DNA of 41,921 bases, taken from positions 1 to 41,921 of the forward strand of contig DYBS01000002.1 of NCBI GenBank assembly GCA_019418525.1, read 5' to 3'. The notes under the pieces are model-generated. The model had not been told where the DNA came from and ran no database searches. It saw nothing but the letters and a program-made list of their open reading frames with translations. Numbering within the stretch: the stretch's first letter is position 1; every line of letters starts with the position of its first letter. Of the stretch, positions 1-10,880 are shown one piece after another. Origin of the DNA: Clostridiales bacterium. GTDB taxonomy: Bacteria; Bacillota; Clostridia; Oscillospirales; Oscillospiraceae. The position numbers and the translations under genes are program-made.

Positions 1-2194
1 CGTCCCAGGCGTGGATGATGTTGTAGCCGTCCACCAGCAGGTACTCCGGGCCCAGATTCTGGGCCTGGATGTTGTACTTCCCCTCGTCCAGGCTGGTGCG
101 GGCGGGCTTGGGCTGGGGCCGGAAGGCCTCCCGCTCCACCTTGCCGTAGGTGCGCTCAAAGATGGCCTGGAGCTCCTTGTCCTGCTCCAGGGAGGGCCCG
201 GGACGGCTCAGGCGCACCGGCTGGGCCGCGGTGGCTTCCTCCTCCGGCCGCTCCGGCGCCAGACAGGCCGGTAAATGCATCCGCTCCTCCACTTGGTCCC
301 ACTTGACCACCACACCGGCGCCGTGGTCGCAGAACACCGAGTCGGGGGGATTGTCCACATCCCGCTCCGGATCGTAGCCCAGAGCGTCCACCACGGCCTC
401 CTGATCGGCGCAGGGCTCGTACCCCCGGAGGGTGCAGAACAGCCGCCCCTGGCCCTTGGAATAGGCCGTCAGCTCCCGCTGGTAGCCCCGCAGCGCCGCC
501 ACCGGGGCGGAGCCGGTGAGGACCACCTCCTCCCCCACGGTCTCAGGGGGCTCACACTGGCCGCCCATCTGCTGCAGATCGGTCATGGCCCTCCCCACCA
601 GGGCGGCGGGCAGCTCCAGGCGCACGTCGTACCAGGGCTCCAAGAGGATGTTTTCCGCCTTCATCAGGCCCTGGCGCACCGCCCGGTAGGTGGCCTGGCG
701 GAAGTCGCCCCCCTCGGTGTGCTTCAGGTGGGCCTTGCCGGCGGCCAGGGTGATTTTCACATCGGTGAGGGGGGAGCCGGTGAGGACGCCGGGGTGCTCC
801 CGCTCCAGGAGGTGCGTCAGAATGAGCCGCTGCCAGTTGCGGTCCAGCTGGTCCTCTGAGCAGGACGTGGCCACCGTGACGCCGCTCCCCCGCTCCCCCG
901 GCTCCAGAATGAGGTGGACCTCGGCGTAGTGGCGCAGGGGCTCGAAGTGGCCCACGCCCTCCACCGGGGCGGCGATGGTCTCCTTGTAGACGATATTCCC
1001 CGCGTCAAAGTCCACCGCCAGACCGAAGCGCTCCTGGATGACCGAGCGGAGCACGTCCAGCTGCACCTCGCCCATGAGCTGGACATGGAGCTCCCCCAGA
1101 GCCTCGTTCCAAACCAGATGGAGCTGGGGGTCCTCCTCCTCCAGGGCCCGCAGCTTGGGGAGCACTGTGTGGGGATCACAGCCCTCGGGCAGCAGCAGGC
1201 GGTAGGTCAGCACCGGCTCCAGCGCCGGGGGCGGGGAGTCGGGCTCCTCCCCCAGGCCCTGGCCCGGCCAGGTGCGGCTCAGTCCGGTGACGGCGCAGAC
1301 CTGGCCCCCCTCCACCCGGTCGGCGGTGCGGAATTTCGCCCCGGAGTAGAGGCGGATCTGGTCCACCTTCTCGCTCCACGCCTCGCTGTCGGTGGTGCCG
1401 GAAATGCTGTCCTTCACCTTCAGCGTGCCGCCGGTCAGTTTCAGATAGGTCAGCCGCGCTCCCTGGGCGTCCCGGCCGATCTTGTAGACCTTGGCGGCGA
1501 AGGCACTCCCCCACGCCAGCCGGGGGGCGAAGCGCTCCAGTCCGGCGAGCAGCTCCCCCACACCCTCCAGTTTCAGCGCCGAGCCGAACCAGCAGGGGAA
1601 CACCTTCCGCGCGGCGATGAGGGCGGAGAGGGTGTCGTCGGAGAGCGTCCCACGCTCCAGATACTCCTCCATGGCCCCCTCGTCGGCGAGGGAGATCTCC
1701 TCCAGGGTGTCCGGGTCCTCCAACATTCCAAAGTCGGCACAGCCGCCACTGAGGCGCTGGCGGAGGTCGGAGAGCACGGCGTCCCGGTCCGCCCCGTCCA
1801 GGTCCATCTTGTTCACAAAGATGAAGGTGGGCACGCCGTAGCGCTCCAGCAGCCGCCACAGGGTCCGGGTGTGGCCCTGCACGCCGTCGGTGCCGCTAAT
1901 GACCAGCACCGCGCAGTCCAGCACCTGGAGGGTGCGCTCCATCTCGCTGGAGAAGTCCACATGCCCCGGGGTGTCCAGCAGAGTGATCTCACACTCGGGC
2001 AGGGGTAACATGGCCTGCTTGGAGAAGATGGTGATGCCCCTCTCCCGCTCCAGGCGCTCGGTGTCCAGAAAGGCGTCCCCGTGGTCCACCCGGCCCAGCT
2101 TGCGGATGGAGCCGCTCTCGTAGAGCATGGCCTCCGACAGGGTGGTCTTGCCCGCGTCCACATGGGCCAAAATGCCCACGACCAGTTTTCTCAT
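1..2194 (-). CDS. EF-G/TetM-like translational GTPase with C-terminal YacP/Rae1-like NYN domain (3' end outside window)
   Basis: Missing from the ORF track because it has no stop in the window. Manual translation: MRKLVVGILAHVDAGKTT (G1), ERERGITI (G2), LLDTPGHVDF (G3), VNKMD (G4), EF-G-like domains III-V (MGEVQLDV, LLEPWY), ending in EYLLVDGYNIIHAWD (start of NYN). AGGAG SD upstream of ATG 2194. Confidence 0.9.
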   Translation of the reverse strand, partial: MRKLVVGILAHVDAGKTTLSEAMLYESGSIRKLGRVDHGDAFLDTERLERERGITIFSKQAMLPLPECEITLLDTPGHVDFSSEMERTLQVLDCAVLVISGTDGVQGHTRTLWRLLERYGVPTFIFVNKMDLDGADRDAVLSDLRQRLSGGCADFGMLEDPDTLEEISLADEGAMEEYLERGTLSDDTLSALIAARKVFPCWFGSALKLEGVGELLAGLERFAPRLAWGSAFAAKVYKIGRDAQGARLTYLKLTGGTLKVKDSISGTTDSEAWSEKVDQIRLYSGAKFRTADRVEGGQVCAVTGLSRTWPGQGLGEEPDSPPPALEPVLTYRLLLPEGCDPHTVLPKLRALEEEDPQLHLVWNEALGELHVQLMGEVQLDVLRSVIQERFGLAVDFDAGNIVYKETIAAPVEGVGHFEPLRHYAEVHLILEPGERGSGVTVATSCSEDQLDRNWQRLILTHLLEREHPGVLTGSPLTDVKITLAAGKAHLKHTEGGDFRQATYRAVRQGLMKAENILLEPWYDVRLELPAALVGRAMTDLQQMGGQCEPPETVGEEVVLTGSAPVAALRGYQRELTAYSKGQGRLFCTLRGYEPCADQEAVVDALGYDPERDVDNPPDSVFCDHGAGVVVKWDQVEERMHLPACLAPERPEEEATAAQPVRLSRPGPSLEQDKELQAIFERTYGKVEREAFRPQPKPARTSLDEGKYNIQAQNLGPEYLLVDGYNIIHAWD

Positions 2195-2246
2195 ATCGCT
2201 GCTCCTATCTCATCGGGGCCTTGCCCCGCAGTTGCTCATTGTGTCT

Positions 2247-2275
2247 ATGATAACATAGGCCCGCCCAAATTGCCA
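2247..2275 (-). promoter_or_regulatory. Candidate sigma-A promoter for the GTPase-NYN gene
   Basis: TGGCAA-17 nt-TATCAT with extended TGn -10, downstream of the rplQ terminator. Confidence 0.45.
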
Positions 2276-2303
2276 TGTCCAACCCTTGCCTCGCCCCGGA
2301 CGC

Positions 2304-2334
2304 AAAAAATCCCCCGCCGTAAGGCGGGGGATTT
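2304..2334 (-). terminator. Intrinsic terminator ending the ribosomal superoperon
   Basis: AAATCCCCCGCC-TTAC-GGCGGGGGATTT followed by a T run, just after the rplQ stop. Confidence 0.85.
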
Positions 2335-2345
2335 GGCTCACTTTC

Positions 2346-2687
2346 TTACACCAGCTGAACGATCGCCATCTCAGCGGCGTCGCCGCGGCGGGGACCGATC
2401 TTCACCACGCGGGTGTAGCCGCCGTTGCGCTCGGCGTACTTGGGACCGATCTCATCGAAGAGCTTCTTCGCCACGTCCTCCTTGGTCAGGAAGGACAGGG
2501 CCTGCCGGTAAGAGGCCAGGTTAGCCTTCTTGGACAGGGTGATCATCTTCTCAGCCATGGGGGCGACTTCCTTGGCACGGCTCAGGGTGGTCTTGATCTG
2601 ACCGTTCTCCAGCAGGTAGGTGGTCATGGCGCGGAGCATGGCCATACGCTGATCGGTGGGACGGCCCAGTTTACGATATCCGGACAT
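2346..2687 (-). CDS. rplQ: 50S ribosomal protein L17
   Basis: [19 protein letters not shown]...[10 protein letters not shown]...RRGDAAEMA. Start moved to ATG 2687 (GGAG SD). Confidence 0.97.
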   Translation of the reverse strand: MSGYRKLGRPTDQRMAMLRAMTTYLLENGQIKTTLSRAKEVAPMAEKMITLSKKANLASYRQALSFLTKEDVAKKLFDEIGPKYAERNGGYTRVVKIGPRRGDAAEMAIVQLV

Positions 2688-2707
2688 GTGAGTCAACTCC
2701 TATCGGT

Positions 2708-2865
2708 ATTTCGCCTGGCGAAATCCAGTGTAAATTCGTCCTGAGGGGTTATCTGCCCCTCTGAGAGGCGCCGCCCCCCGTAAGGGGCGGCATCGCCGCA
2801 GGCGTATCCGGGAGGGGACGTTACATGCCCCCGGACTGCCTCTCCGAACCGGCTTTTCAGGCCGG
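2708..2865 (-). ncRNA. Candidate structured cis-RNA between rpoA and rplQ
   Basis: GAGAGGC/GCCTCTC closing stem enclosing three hairpins, plus three flanking hairpins, ending about 10 nt before the rplQ SD. Confidence 0.45.
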
Positions 2866-2867
2866 GA

Positions 2868-3818
2868 TCAGTTGTTCTCCTCGCTGGCCAGGGACAGACC
2901 CATCATGGCCAGCTTGTTGATGACCTCTTCCAGGGACTTGCGGCCCAGGTTGCGCACCTTCATCATCTCGTCCTCGGTCTTGGAAATCAGGTCCTCCACC
3001 GTGTTGATGTTGGCGCGCTTGAGGCAGTTGAAGGAACGGACCGACAGGTCCAGCTCCTCGATGGTCAGCTCCAGAACCTTGTCCCGCTGCGCCTCGCTCT
3101 TCTCCACCACCGTGGACTTGGAGCCCATGGTCTCAGAGAGGTCGGTGAAGAGGACAAAGTGGTCGCACAGGATCCGGGCGCCCAGGCTCACCGCGTCCCG
3201 GGCGGTGATGGTGCCGTTGGTCCACACCTCCAGGGTCAGCTTGTCAAAGTCCGTCTGATCACCCACGCGGGTGGGCTCGACGGTGTAGTTGACCTTGCGG
3301 ACCGGGGTGTAGATGGAATCCACGGGAATGAGGCCGATGACCATCTGGGCGGGCTTGTTCCGATCGGCGGGCACATAGCCCCGGCCGTGGGACAGCGTCA
3401 GCTCCATGTTGAGGCTGGCATCGGGGCCCAGGGTAGCAATGTGGAGCTCCGGGTTGAGGACCTCCACCTCGCCATCGGCCTTGATGTCGCCGGCGGTGAC
3501 CTCACACTCGCCGTTGGCCTCGATATAGACGGTCTTCACGCCCTCGCAGTGGAGCTTGGCGATGATGCGCTTGACGTTGAGGACGATCTCGGTGACGTCC
3601 TCCTTGATACCGGGAATGGTCGTGAACTCGTGCTGTACACCGGCGATCTTGATCGAAGTCACCGCGGTGCCAGGCAGAGAAGAGAGCAGGATGCGGCGCA
3701 GGGAGTTACCCAGCGTGATGCCGTAGCCGCGCTCCAGCGGCTCTACCACATACTTGCCATAGGAACCGTCTGCGGGGTTTTCCACACATTCGATGCGCGG
3801 CTTTTCGATTTCTACCAT
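2868..3818 (-). CDS. rpoA: RNA polymerase alpha subunit
   Basis: [45 protein letters not shown]. Confidence 0.98.
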   Translation of the reverse strand: MVEIEKPRIECVENPADGSYGKYVVEPLERGYGITLGNSLRRILLSSLPGTAVTSIKIAGVQHEFTTIPGIKEDVTEIVLNVKRIIAKLHCEGVKTVYIEANGECEVTAGDIKADGEVEVLNPELHIATLGPDASLNMELTLSHGRGYVPADRNKPAQMVIGLIPVDSIYTPVRKVNYTVEPTRVGDQTDFDKLTLEVWTNGTITARDAVSLGARILCDHFVLFTDLSETMGSKSTVVEKSEAQRDKVLELTIEELDLSVRSFNCLKRANINTVEDLISKTEDEMMKVRNLGRKSLEEVINKLAMMGLSLASEENN

Positions 3819-3903
3819 GTGTTACCCTCCTTTTCGCAGCGGCGGGCCGGGCAGCCCGCCGCCTGGAATTACAGCTCACCAATAATCGAGGGTACGCTCT
3901 CTC

Positions 3904-4506
3904 TTACTTGGAGTACAGCTCGACGATCAGGTGCTCCTCGATGGGCAGGTCGATGTCCGCACGCTCGGGCATCTGAACCACAGTACCCTTCAGGGAGTTC
4001 TTCTCCCGCTCCAGCCACTTGGGCAGCAGCACAGAGGGGGCGTCCTCGCCGGTCAGGCGCTTAAACTTCACGGAAGAACGGCTGGCCTCGCGGACCTCGA
4101 TGACGTCACCGGGCTTGACCAGGTAGGAGGGGATGTCCACACGGTGGCCGTTGACGGTGAAGTGGCCGTGGCCCACCAGCTGACGGGCCTCACGGCGGGT
4201 CATGGCGAAGCCCAGGCGGTACGCCACGTTGTCCAGGCGGCGCTCCACCAGGACCAGCAGGTTCTCGCCGGTCTTACCGGGCATCCGGGCAGCCTTCTCA
4301 TAGTACATACGGAACTGCTTCTCCATGATGCCGTAGACAAACTTGACCTTCTGCTTCTCAGACAGCTGCAGAGCATACTCGCTCTTCTTCTTGCGCATCT
4401 GACCGCCGGGATTGCGGTTGCTCTCCTTCTTGGCATAGCCCATCGCGGCAGGAGAAATGCCCAGCGCACGGCAGCGCTTGGCGATCGGCTGCATATTCTT
4501 TGCCAT
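3904..4506 (-). CDS. rpsD: 30S ribosomal protein S4 (no Zn-ribbon CxxC)
   Basis: [49 protein letters not shown]. Confidence 0.97.
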   Translation of the reverse strand: MAKNMQPIAKRCRALGISPAAMGYAKKESNRNPGGQMRKKKSEYALQLSEKQKVKFVYGIMEKQFRMYYEKAARMPGKTGENLLVLVERRLDNVAYRLGFAMTRREARQLVGHGHFTVNGHRVDIPSYLVKPGDVIEVREASRSSVKFKRLTGEDAPSVLLPKWLEREKNSLKGTVVQMPERADIDLPIEEHLIVELYSK

Positions 4507-4524
4507 ATCAGTTTCCTCCTTCTC

Positions 4525-4926
4525 TTACACGCGGCGACGCTTGGGCGGACGGCAGCCGTTGTGGGGGATGGGAGTCACGTCCTTGATCAGGGTGACCTCC
4601 AGGCCCACGGCCTGCAGAGCGCGGATGGCGGCCTCACGGCCGGCGCCGGGGCCCTTCACGTAGACCTCGACGGTCTTCAGGCCGTGCTCCATGGCAGCCT
4701 TAGCGGCGGTCTCGGCGGCGGTCTGAGCGGCGAAGGGGGTGGACTTACGGGAGCCACGGAAGCCCAGGCCGCCAGAGGAGGCCCAGGACAGGGCGTTGCC
4801 GCCCATATCGGTCACGGTGACCATAGTGTTGTTGAAGGAAGAGCGGATATGCACCTGGCCCTTCTCCACGTTCTTGCGCTCGCGGCGCTTGCGGATCACT
4901 TTCTTACCCTTGGTATTCGCAGCCAT
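4525..4926 (-). CDS. rpsK: 30S ribosomal protein S11
   Basis: [32 protein letters not shown]. Confidence 0.98.
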   Translation of the reverse strand: MAANTKGKKVIRKRRERKNVEKGQVHIRSSFNNTMVTVTDMGGNALSWASSGGLGFRGSRKSTPFAAQTAAETAAKAAMEHGLKTVEVYVKGPGAGREAAIRALQAVGLEVTLIKDVTPIPHNGCRPPKRRRV

Positions 4927-4940
4927 TGCTTATCCCTCCT

Positions 4941-5309
4941 TTACTTCTTCTTGTTCGCGACGGTGCGCTTGGGACCCTTGCGGGTACGGGCGTTGGTCTT
5001 GCTGCGCTGGCCGCGGACCGGCAGGCCCTTGCGGTGACGGATGCCACGGTAGCAGCCGATCTCGGTCAGACGCTTGATATCCATCGCCACATCGCGGCGG
5101 AGGTCGCCTTCCACAGTGTAGTTGTGGGAGATGCACTCACGCAGCTTGGCCTCCTCCTCATCGGTGAGGTCCTTCACGCGGGTGTCGGGGTTGATCCCGG
5201 TCTCCGCCAGGATCTTATTGGCGCTGGTGCGCCCAATGCCAAAGATATAGGTCAGGCCGATCTCGATCCGCTTATCCTTCGGCAGGTCAATGCCAGCAAT
5301 ACGTGCCAT
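4941..5309 (-). CDS. rpsM: 30S ribosomal protein S13
   Basis: [32 protein letters not shown]. Confidence 0.98.
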   Translation of the reverse strand: MARIAGIDLPKDKRIEIGLTYIFGIGRTSANKILAETGINPDTRVKDLTDEEEAKLRECISHNYTVEGDLRRDVAMDIKRLTEIGCYRGIRHRKGLPVRGQRSKTNARTRKGPKRTVANKKK

Positions 5310-5329
5310 ACTGTTTCAGCACCTCCTAA

Positions 5330-5473
<144 letters not shown>

Positions 5474-5535
5474 TCAGACATGACATAACTCATGTCGCTC
5501 TGCGCGTCCCGGCCTTCCGCCGGCGGCACGCCTTA

Positions 5536-5754
5536 TTACTTACTGCGCCAGGTGATCCTTCCGCGGGTCACATCATAGGGGGACATCTGCACCGTCACCT
5601 TGTCGCCGGGCAGGATGCGGATGAAGTTCATCCGCAGCTTGCCGGAGATGTGGGCCAGAATAATGTGACCGTTTCCGATATCCACGCGGAACGTGGTGTT
5701 GGGAAGGGACTCAACCACGACGCCCTCCACTTCGATCATATCGTCTTTTGCCAA
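5536..5754 (-). CDS. infA: Translation initiation factor IF-1
   Basis: TTG start with GGAGG SD; (M)[10 protein letters not shown]...[19 protein letters not shown], 72 aa. Confidence 0.96.
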   Translation of the reverse strand: MAKDDMIEVEGVVVESLPNTTFRVDIGNGHIILAHISGKLRMNFIRILPGDKVTVQMSPYDVTRGRITWRSK

Positions 5755-5758
5755 AGCG

Positions 5759-6034
5759 TCATACCCTCCTTGCATCCTCTCGGAAAGCGGCCAGCGCCCT
5801 CCGTAACTCGCTGTCCGACACCTGCTGACCGGCCTGGACTTTCTCCAGGACCGGGTGCCGGAATGCCCCGGCGAAAGCGGCGTGGATCGCCTTCTTCCGC
5901 TTGGGGCGCTCTGCCTTTCTTCGCTTCCCGTCAGCCAACAGCAGGTAGGGGCCGTCCATGTCCAGGACACAGAACAGCTCCCCCCGGTCATGTCCGGCCA
6001 GGGAACGTACGATTTGGGCTTTCGCAAACTCCAT
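5759..6034 (-). CDS. KOW-domain RNA-binding protein (L14e-like)
   Basis: VRSLAGHD...[17 protein letters not shown]; usual clostridial position between map and infA. Confidence 0.85.
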   Translation of the reverse strand: MEFAKAQIVRSLAGHDRGELFCVLDMDGPYLLLADGKRRKAERPKRKKAIHAAFAGAFRHPVLEKVQAGQQVSDSELRRALAAFREDARRV

Positions 6035-6036
6035 AC

Positions 6037-6798
6037 TCAGTCTCCCGTCACGGTGAGGATCTCAGGCTCGCCGTCGGTAATGAGGATGGTGTTTTCATAG
6101 TGGGCCGTCAGGGAACCGTCGGCCGAAACCGTGGTCCACTTGTCCTTAAGCACTTTCACATGCCAGTCGCCGGCACACACCATGGGTTCCACCGCCAGGG
6201 TCATGCCCGGCTGAAGCCGGGGACCGTGACCGGCGGGCCCGAAATTGGGGACCTCGGGGGCCTCGTGCAGGTTGCGTCCCACACCGTGCCCCACAAAATC
6301 CCGCACCACCGTGTAGCCGTTTGCTTCCACATACTGCTGCACGGCATGGGAGATGTCATACACCCGGTTTCCACACCGGGCCAGCTTGACGCCCTCCCAG
6401 AAGCTCTGCTCAGTCACCTCGATGAGGCGCTGGGCCTCGGGGGAGATGGCGCCGCAGGCATAGGTGGCGGCACAGTCGCCGTGGAAGCCGCCGATGTAGG
6501 CGCCCACATCCACGCTGACGATGTCGCCCTCCTTCAGCACAATGCTCTTGGAGGGGATGCCGTGGATGACCACCTCATTCACCGAGATGCAGGCGGAGCC
6601 GGGAAATCCCCCGTAGCCCAGGAAGGAGGGCTTGGCACCCTGGCTCTCGATGAATTTGCGCACCTCAGTGTCGATCTCCAGCGTGGACACGCCGGGACGC
6701 ACCAGGGAGCCGGCCAATGCCCGGGCCTGGGCGGTAATCCGCCCGGCCCGGCGCATCAGCTCGATCTCATGGGGAGATTTGAGGGAAATCAGATCCAT
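6037..6798 (-). CDS. map: Methionine aminopeptidase type I
   Basis: CISVNEVVIHGIP, FHGDCA, GHGVGRNLHEAP, AHYENTI. Alternative GTG start at 6807. Confidence 0.95.
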   Translation of the reverse strand: MDLISLKSPHEIELMRRAGRITAQARALAGSLVRPGVSTLEIDTEVRKFIESQGAKPSFLGYGGFPGSACISVNEVVIHGIPSKSIVLKEGDIVSVDVGAYIGGFHGDCAATYACGAISPEAQRLIEVTEQSFWEGVKLARCGNRVYDISHAVQQYVEANGYTVVRDFVGHGVGRNLHEAPEVPNFGPAGHGPRLQPGMTLAVEPMVCAGDWHVKVLKDKWTTVSADGSLTAHYENTILITDGEPEILTVTGD

Positions 6799-6803
6799 TC
6801 CGC

Positions 6804-7436
6804 TCACTTCCCCAGCAGTTTCATAATGGCCTCGTTGGTAGCCTCAATGCCGCCCGCGTCGGGAACGGTCTTGAGCACACCGCGGGTCTCATAGAAGTTC
6901 TTCAGGGGCTCGGTCTCCTGATGGTAGACCTCCAGACGGTGCTTGACCGTCTCGGGCTGGTCGTCCTTGCGCTGCTCCAGCGCGCCGCCGCACTTGTCGC
7001 ACACGCCCTCCTGCTTGGGAGGAGCGGCCACGATGTGGTAGGTGGCGCCGCAGCTGTGGCAGGTGCGGCGGCCCGTCATACGGGCCTCGATGACGCTGTC
7101 GGCAATCTCCAGGGAGAGCACTGCGTCAAAGGTGATACCGGCCTTCTCCAGGGCCTCGGCCTGGGCGATGGTGCGGGGCACACCGTCCAGGATATAGCCG
7201 CCAGCGCAGTCGGGCTCAGCCAGGCGCTCCTGGATGATGCCGATGATGACCTCGTCGGGGACCAGCTTGCCGGCCTCCATGTAGGCCTTGGCCTGCAGGC
7301 CCACGGGGGTGCCGTTCTTCACAGCCGCCCGCAGGATGTTGCCGGTGGAGATGGTGGGAATGCCGAGCTTCTGGCTGATGATCTCAGCCTGCGTGCCTTT
7401 TCCGGCGCCGGGGGCGCCCAACAGAATCAGCTTCAT
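6804..7436 (-). CDS. adk: Adenylate kinase
   Basis: [12 protein letters not shown]-loop; Zn lid CHSC...CDKC. Confidence 0.97.
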   Translation of the reverse strand: MKLILLGAPGAGKGTQAEIISQKLGIPTISTGNILRAAVKNGTPVGLQAKAYMEAGKLVPDEVIIGIIQERLAEPDCAGGYILDGVPRTIAQAEALEKAGITFDAVLSLEIADSVIEARMTGRRTCHSCGATYHIVAAPPKQEGVCDKCGGALEQRKDDQPETVKHRLEVYHQETEPLKNFYETRGVLKTVPDAGGIEATNEAIMKLLGK

Positions 7437-7454
7437 ACCCTTTACACCTCGTTC

Positions 7455-8774
7455 TTACTCCAGGAAGCCCTTGTAGTGCCGCATGAGCATCTGGGCCTCC
7501 ATAGCCTTGACCGTCTCCAGTGCGACGCCCACCACAATGATGATGGAAGTGCCGCCGATGGCCAGGGAGCTGCTGCCCACCAGAGCGCCGGTGACAATGG
7601 GCGCGATGGCGATGATGGACAGGTAGATGGCACCGAAGAAGGTGATCTTGTTCAGAACCTTGCTGATGAAGTCCGCGGTGGGCTTGCCGGGCCGGAAGCC
7701 GGGCACAAAGCCGCCGTTCTTCTTCAGGTTGTTGGCCACTTCCACGGGGTTGAACTGCATGGTGGAGTAGAAGTAGCTGAAGCCCAGGATCAGCAGGAAG
7801 TACACCACGATATAGAAGATGCTGGTGGTGTCAAAGATTTTCAGGAAGGTGTTCCAGCCGGAGCCCTCCACCTGGGCCGAGGGCACGAAAGCGCCGATGG
7901 TCGCGGGCAGGGAGGCGATAGCCTGGGCGAAGATGATGGGCATAACGCCGCTCATGTTCACCTTCAGGGGCAGATGGCTGGACTGGCCGCCGTACATCTT
8001 CCGGCCCACCACGCGCTTGGCGTACTGGACGGGGATGCGGCGCTCGGCATTCTGGATGAACACGATGAAGACCACCATGATCAGCATGCCGATAATAATG
8101 AGGGGGATGAACGCGGGGTGGAGTCCGCCGTCATTGCCGGCGGCCCAGTTCTGCACGCCCGTGATCATGCTCAGAATCATGCGGGGGCCGCGGGACAGGA
8201 TGCCCGCGAACAGGATGATAGAGATACCGTTGCCGATGCCGAACTCGGTGATCTGCTCACCCAGCCACATGATAAAGGCGGAACCGGCGGTGAAGGTGAG
8301 GATGATCACGATGGAGCCCCACACCTCGGGCAGACCGCCGAAGTCCAGGATGTTGCTGCCGGCGGTGCGCACCAGGGTCAGGTAGCCGAAGCCCTGCAGC
8401 AGGGCGATGGCCACGGTGACGTAGCGGGTGATGGCCGCGATCTTCTTGCGGCCCTCCTCGCCGCCCTCCTTCTGGAGACGCTCCAGAGCGGGGATGGCGA
8501 CGGTCAGCAGCTGCACGATGATGGAGCTGTTGATATAGGGCTGCACGCCCAGTGCGAATACCGTGGCGTAGCTAAAGGCCGTACCGTTCATGGCGCCCAA
8601 CAGGCCGAAGATGGTGCCGTTCATGGCATTCATCTGAGTGGCGAAGAGCTGACCGTCCACAAAGGGAACAGGCACGGCGGAGCCCAGCCGGAAGACCAGC
8701 AGCGCGAAGATGGTAAAGAGGATCTTCTTGCGCAGCTCGGGGATCTTCCAGGCATTGCGTACGGTCTCGAGCAC
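7455..8774 (-). CDS. secY: Preprotein translocase SecY
   Basis: FALGVQPYINSSIIVQLL, WLGEQITEFGIGNGISIIL, PGFRPGKPT. Confidence 0.98.
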   Translation of the reverse strand: MLETVRNAWKIPELRKKILFTIFALLVFRLGSAVPVPFVDGQLFATQMNAMNGTIFGLLGAMNGTAFSYATVFALGVQPYINSSIIVQLLTVAIPALERLQKEGGEEGRKKIAAITRYVTVAIALLQGFGYLTLVRTAGSNILDFGGLPEVWGSIVIILTFTAGSAFIMWLGEQITEFGIGNGISIILFAGILSRGPRMILSMITGVQNWAAGNDGGLHPAFIPLIIIGMLIMVVFIVFIQNAERRIPVQYAKRVVGRKMYGGQSSHLPLKVNMSGVMPIIFAQAIASLPATIGAFVPSAQVEGSGWNTFLKIFDTTSIFYIVVYFLLILGFSYFYSTMQFNPVEVANNLKKNGGFVPGFRPGKPTADFISKVLNKITFFGAIYLSIIAIAPIVTGALVGSSSLAIGGTSIIIVVGVALETVKAMEAQMLMRHYKGFLE

Positions 8775-9215
8775 TTAGATCACCTCGTACTTTCCGCCGG
8801 CCGCGACGATCTTCTCCTTCGCGGAGGCGGAGAACGCGGAGGCGCGAACGATGAGCTTCTTGTTCAGAGTCCCGTTGCCCAGGATCTTCACACCGTGCTC
8901 ACACTTGGACAGGATCCCCTTCTCCAGGAGATCGCAGACGTTGACGGTCGCGCCGTCGTCAAACTTGTTCAGCGCGGAGACGTTGATGCTCTCCAGACGC
9001 TTGGCAAAAATGTTGTGGAAGCCGCGCTTAGGCAGACGACGGGCCAGAGGCATCTGGCCGCCTTCGAAGCCGACGCGGACGCCGCCGCCAGAGCGGGCCC
9101 ACTGGCCCTTCTGACCACGGCCGGCGGTGGTGCCGTTACCGGAACCCTTGCCGCGGCCCTTGCGGTAAGCCTTCTTCACAGAGCCGGGCGCGGGAGACAG
9201 TTCATGCAGTTTCAT
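8775..9215 (-). CDS. rplO: 50S ribosomal protein L15
   Basis: [29 protein letters not shown]. Confidence 0.97.
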   Translation of the reverse strand: MKLHELSPAPGSVKKAYRKGRGKGSGNGTTAGRGQKGQWARSGGGVRVGFEGGQMPLARRLPKRGFHNIFAKRLESINVSALNKFDDGATVNVCDLLEKGILSKCEHGVKILGNGTLNKKLIVRASAFSASAKEKIVAAGGKYEVI

Positions 9216-9229
9216 ATCGCGCACCTCCA

Positions 9230-9412
9230 TTACTGTTCCTCGGTGACCTGGAGCAGGTAACCGATCTGAGCGATCTTGCCGCGGGTGGCGACATTGTCGG
9301 GCTGGACGGTGGTATCGCCGATCTTGCGCAGCCCCAGAGCCTCGGCAGTCGCCTTGTGCTTGGCGATGCGGCCGTTCAGGCTCTTGACCAGCTTGATATT
9401 GATGTTAGCCAT
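9230..9412 (-). CDS. rpmD: 50S ribosomal protein L30
   Basis: IKLVKSLNG...[12 protein letters not shown]; synteny. Confidence 0.95.
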   Translation of the reverse strand: MANINIKLVKSLNGRIAKHKATAEALGLRKIGDTTVQPDNVATRGKIAQIGYLLQVTEEQ

Positions 9413-9427
9413 TGTGGTCGGCCCTCC

Positions 9428-9928
9428 TTAACCTACGATCTCGCTGACGCTCTTGCCGCGGACCCGGGCCACTTCCTCGGGGGAACGCAGGGACTTCAGG
9501 CCCTCGAAGGTAGCGGACACCACGTTCTGCGGGTTGTTGGAGCGCAGGCACTTGGCGCGGATGTCACGGATGCCGGCCGCCTCCATGACGGCACGGACGG
9601 GACCGCCGGCGATGATGCCGGTACCGGGAGCGGCGGGCTTGAGCATCACGCGGCCGGCGCCGAACTCACCGATCACCTCGTGGGGGATGGTGGTGCCGGA
9701 CAGGCTGATGGTGCACATGTTCTTCTTGGCATCCTCGATGCCCTTGCGGATAGCCTCGGGCACCTCAGCGGCCTTGCCCAGGCCGAAGCCCACGCGGCCC
9801 TTCTCGTCGCCCACCACCATGAGGGCGGCAAACTTGAAGATACGGCCGCCCTTGACGGTCTTGCTGACGCGGTTCAGAGAAACGAGCTTCTCGGTGAACT
9901 CGCTGGGTTCTCTTTCAAATCTAGCCAT
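9428..9928 (-). CDS. rpsE: 30S ribosomal protein S5
   Basis: [30 protein letters not shown]. Confidence 0.98.
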   Translation of the reverse strand: MARFEREPSEFTEKLVSLNRVSKTVKGGRIFKFAALMVVGDEKGRVGFGLGKAAEVPEAIRKGIEDAKKNMCTISLSGTTIPHEVIGEFGAGRVMLKPAAPGTGIIAGGPVRAVMEAAGIRDIRAKCLRSNNPQNVVSATFEGLKSLRSPEEVARVRGKSVSEIVG

Positions 9929-9946
9929 GTTCGTTCTCCTCCCCTA

Positions 9947-10306
9947 TTAAAACTCCAGGCCGCCCTCGCGGGCGCCCTCGGCCAGAGCGGCGACGCGGCC
10001 ATGGTAGACATAGCCGCCGCGGTCAAAGACCACGGTGCTGATGCCGGCGGCCTTGGCACGCTCGGCAACGGTCAGGCCCACCTTCTTGGCGGCCTCACAG
10101 TTGGAGCCCTTGCCCTCGAAGCCCTTCTCCAGGGAAGAAGCGGAGACCAGGGTCTTGCCGCTCACGTCATCGATGACCTGGGCGTAGATGTTGGTCTCGC
10201 TGCGGAACACGTTGAGACGGGGACGCTCGGGCGTGCCGGAAATCTTGGAGCGGACACGCTTATGGCGCTTAAGCCGCTGCGCCTTGGTATTGGGACGATT
10301 GATCAT
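9947..10306 (-). CDS. rplR: 50S ribosomal protein L18
   Basis: [23 protein letters not shown]. Confidence 0.98.
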   Translation of the reverse strand: MINRPNTKAQRLKRHKRVRSKISGTPERPRLNVFRSETNIYAQVIDDVSGKTLVSASSLEKGFEGKGSNCEAAKKVGLTVAERAKAAGISTVVFDRGGYVYHGRVAALAEGAREGGLEF

Positions 10307-10320
10307 AGTGGCACACCTCC

Positions 10321-10866
10321 TTATTTCTTCTTGACGCCGGTCTTGCCTTCCTTGCGGCGGATGACCTCGTCGGTGTATTTGATACCCTTGCCCTTGTAAG
10401 GCTCAGGGGGTCTTTTCTCTCTGACTTCAGCGGCAAACTGACCGACCTGCTCCTTGCTGGCGCCGGAGATGACGATCTTGTTGGCGCTGGGGGTCTCGAT
10501 GGTGATGCCCTCGGGGCCCTCCATAAAGACCTGGTGGGAGAAACCGAGGTTCATGACCAGCTTCTTGCCGTCCATGGCCACACGGTAGCCGACGCCGTTG
10601 ACGTCCAGCTCCTTCTTGAAGCCCTCGGTCACACCCAGGACCATGTTGTGGAGCAGGGTGCGGGTCAGGCCGTGCAGGCTGCGGTTCTCCTTCTCATCGT
10701 TGGGACGGGTAACGAGCAGCTCGTTGCCCTCCTGGGCGATGTGCATGTTGGGGTGGAACTCACGGGTCAGGGTGCCCTTGGGGCCCTTGACGGTGACAAC
10801 GTTCCCATCGATCTTCACGTCCACGCCGGCGGGGATGGAGATCGGCTTTCTTCCGATTCGGCTCAT
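10321..10866 (-). CDS. rplF: 50S ribosomal protein L6
   Basis: [22 protein letters not shown]. Confidence 0.98.
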   Translation of the reverse strand: MSRIGRKPISIPAGVDVKIDGNVVTVKGPKGTLTREFHPNMHIAQEGNELLVTRPNDEKENRSLHGLTRTLLHNMVLGVTEGFKKELDVNGVGYRVAMDGKKLVMNLGFSHQVFMEGPEGITIETPSANKIVISGASKEQVGQFAAEVREKRPPEPYKGKGIKYTDEVIRRKEGKTGVKKK

Positions 10867-10880
10867 TCTTTCTCCCTCCC

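Noticed and set aside
1..2194. Tetracycline ribosomal protection gene (tetM/tetW/tetO)
   Set aside because: It lacks the TetM/TetO domain IV YSPVST loop, has an NYN extension and host-like GC, and has no mobile context.
3839..3862. GC hairpin between rpsD and rpoA (and a similar one at 38924-38942)
   Set aside because: Single stems without a clear U-tract. They are most likely ordinary intra-operon mRNA stability hairpins.
6921..9260. Long plus-strand ORF (779 aa) and similar antisense ORFs (e.g. 914-2008, 14130-15662, 27102-28775, 28837-31176, 35030-36775)
   Set aside because: These are shadow ORFs opposite well-supported genes, expected from high-GC3 codon bias. They have no recognisable motifs.
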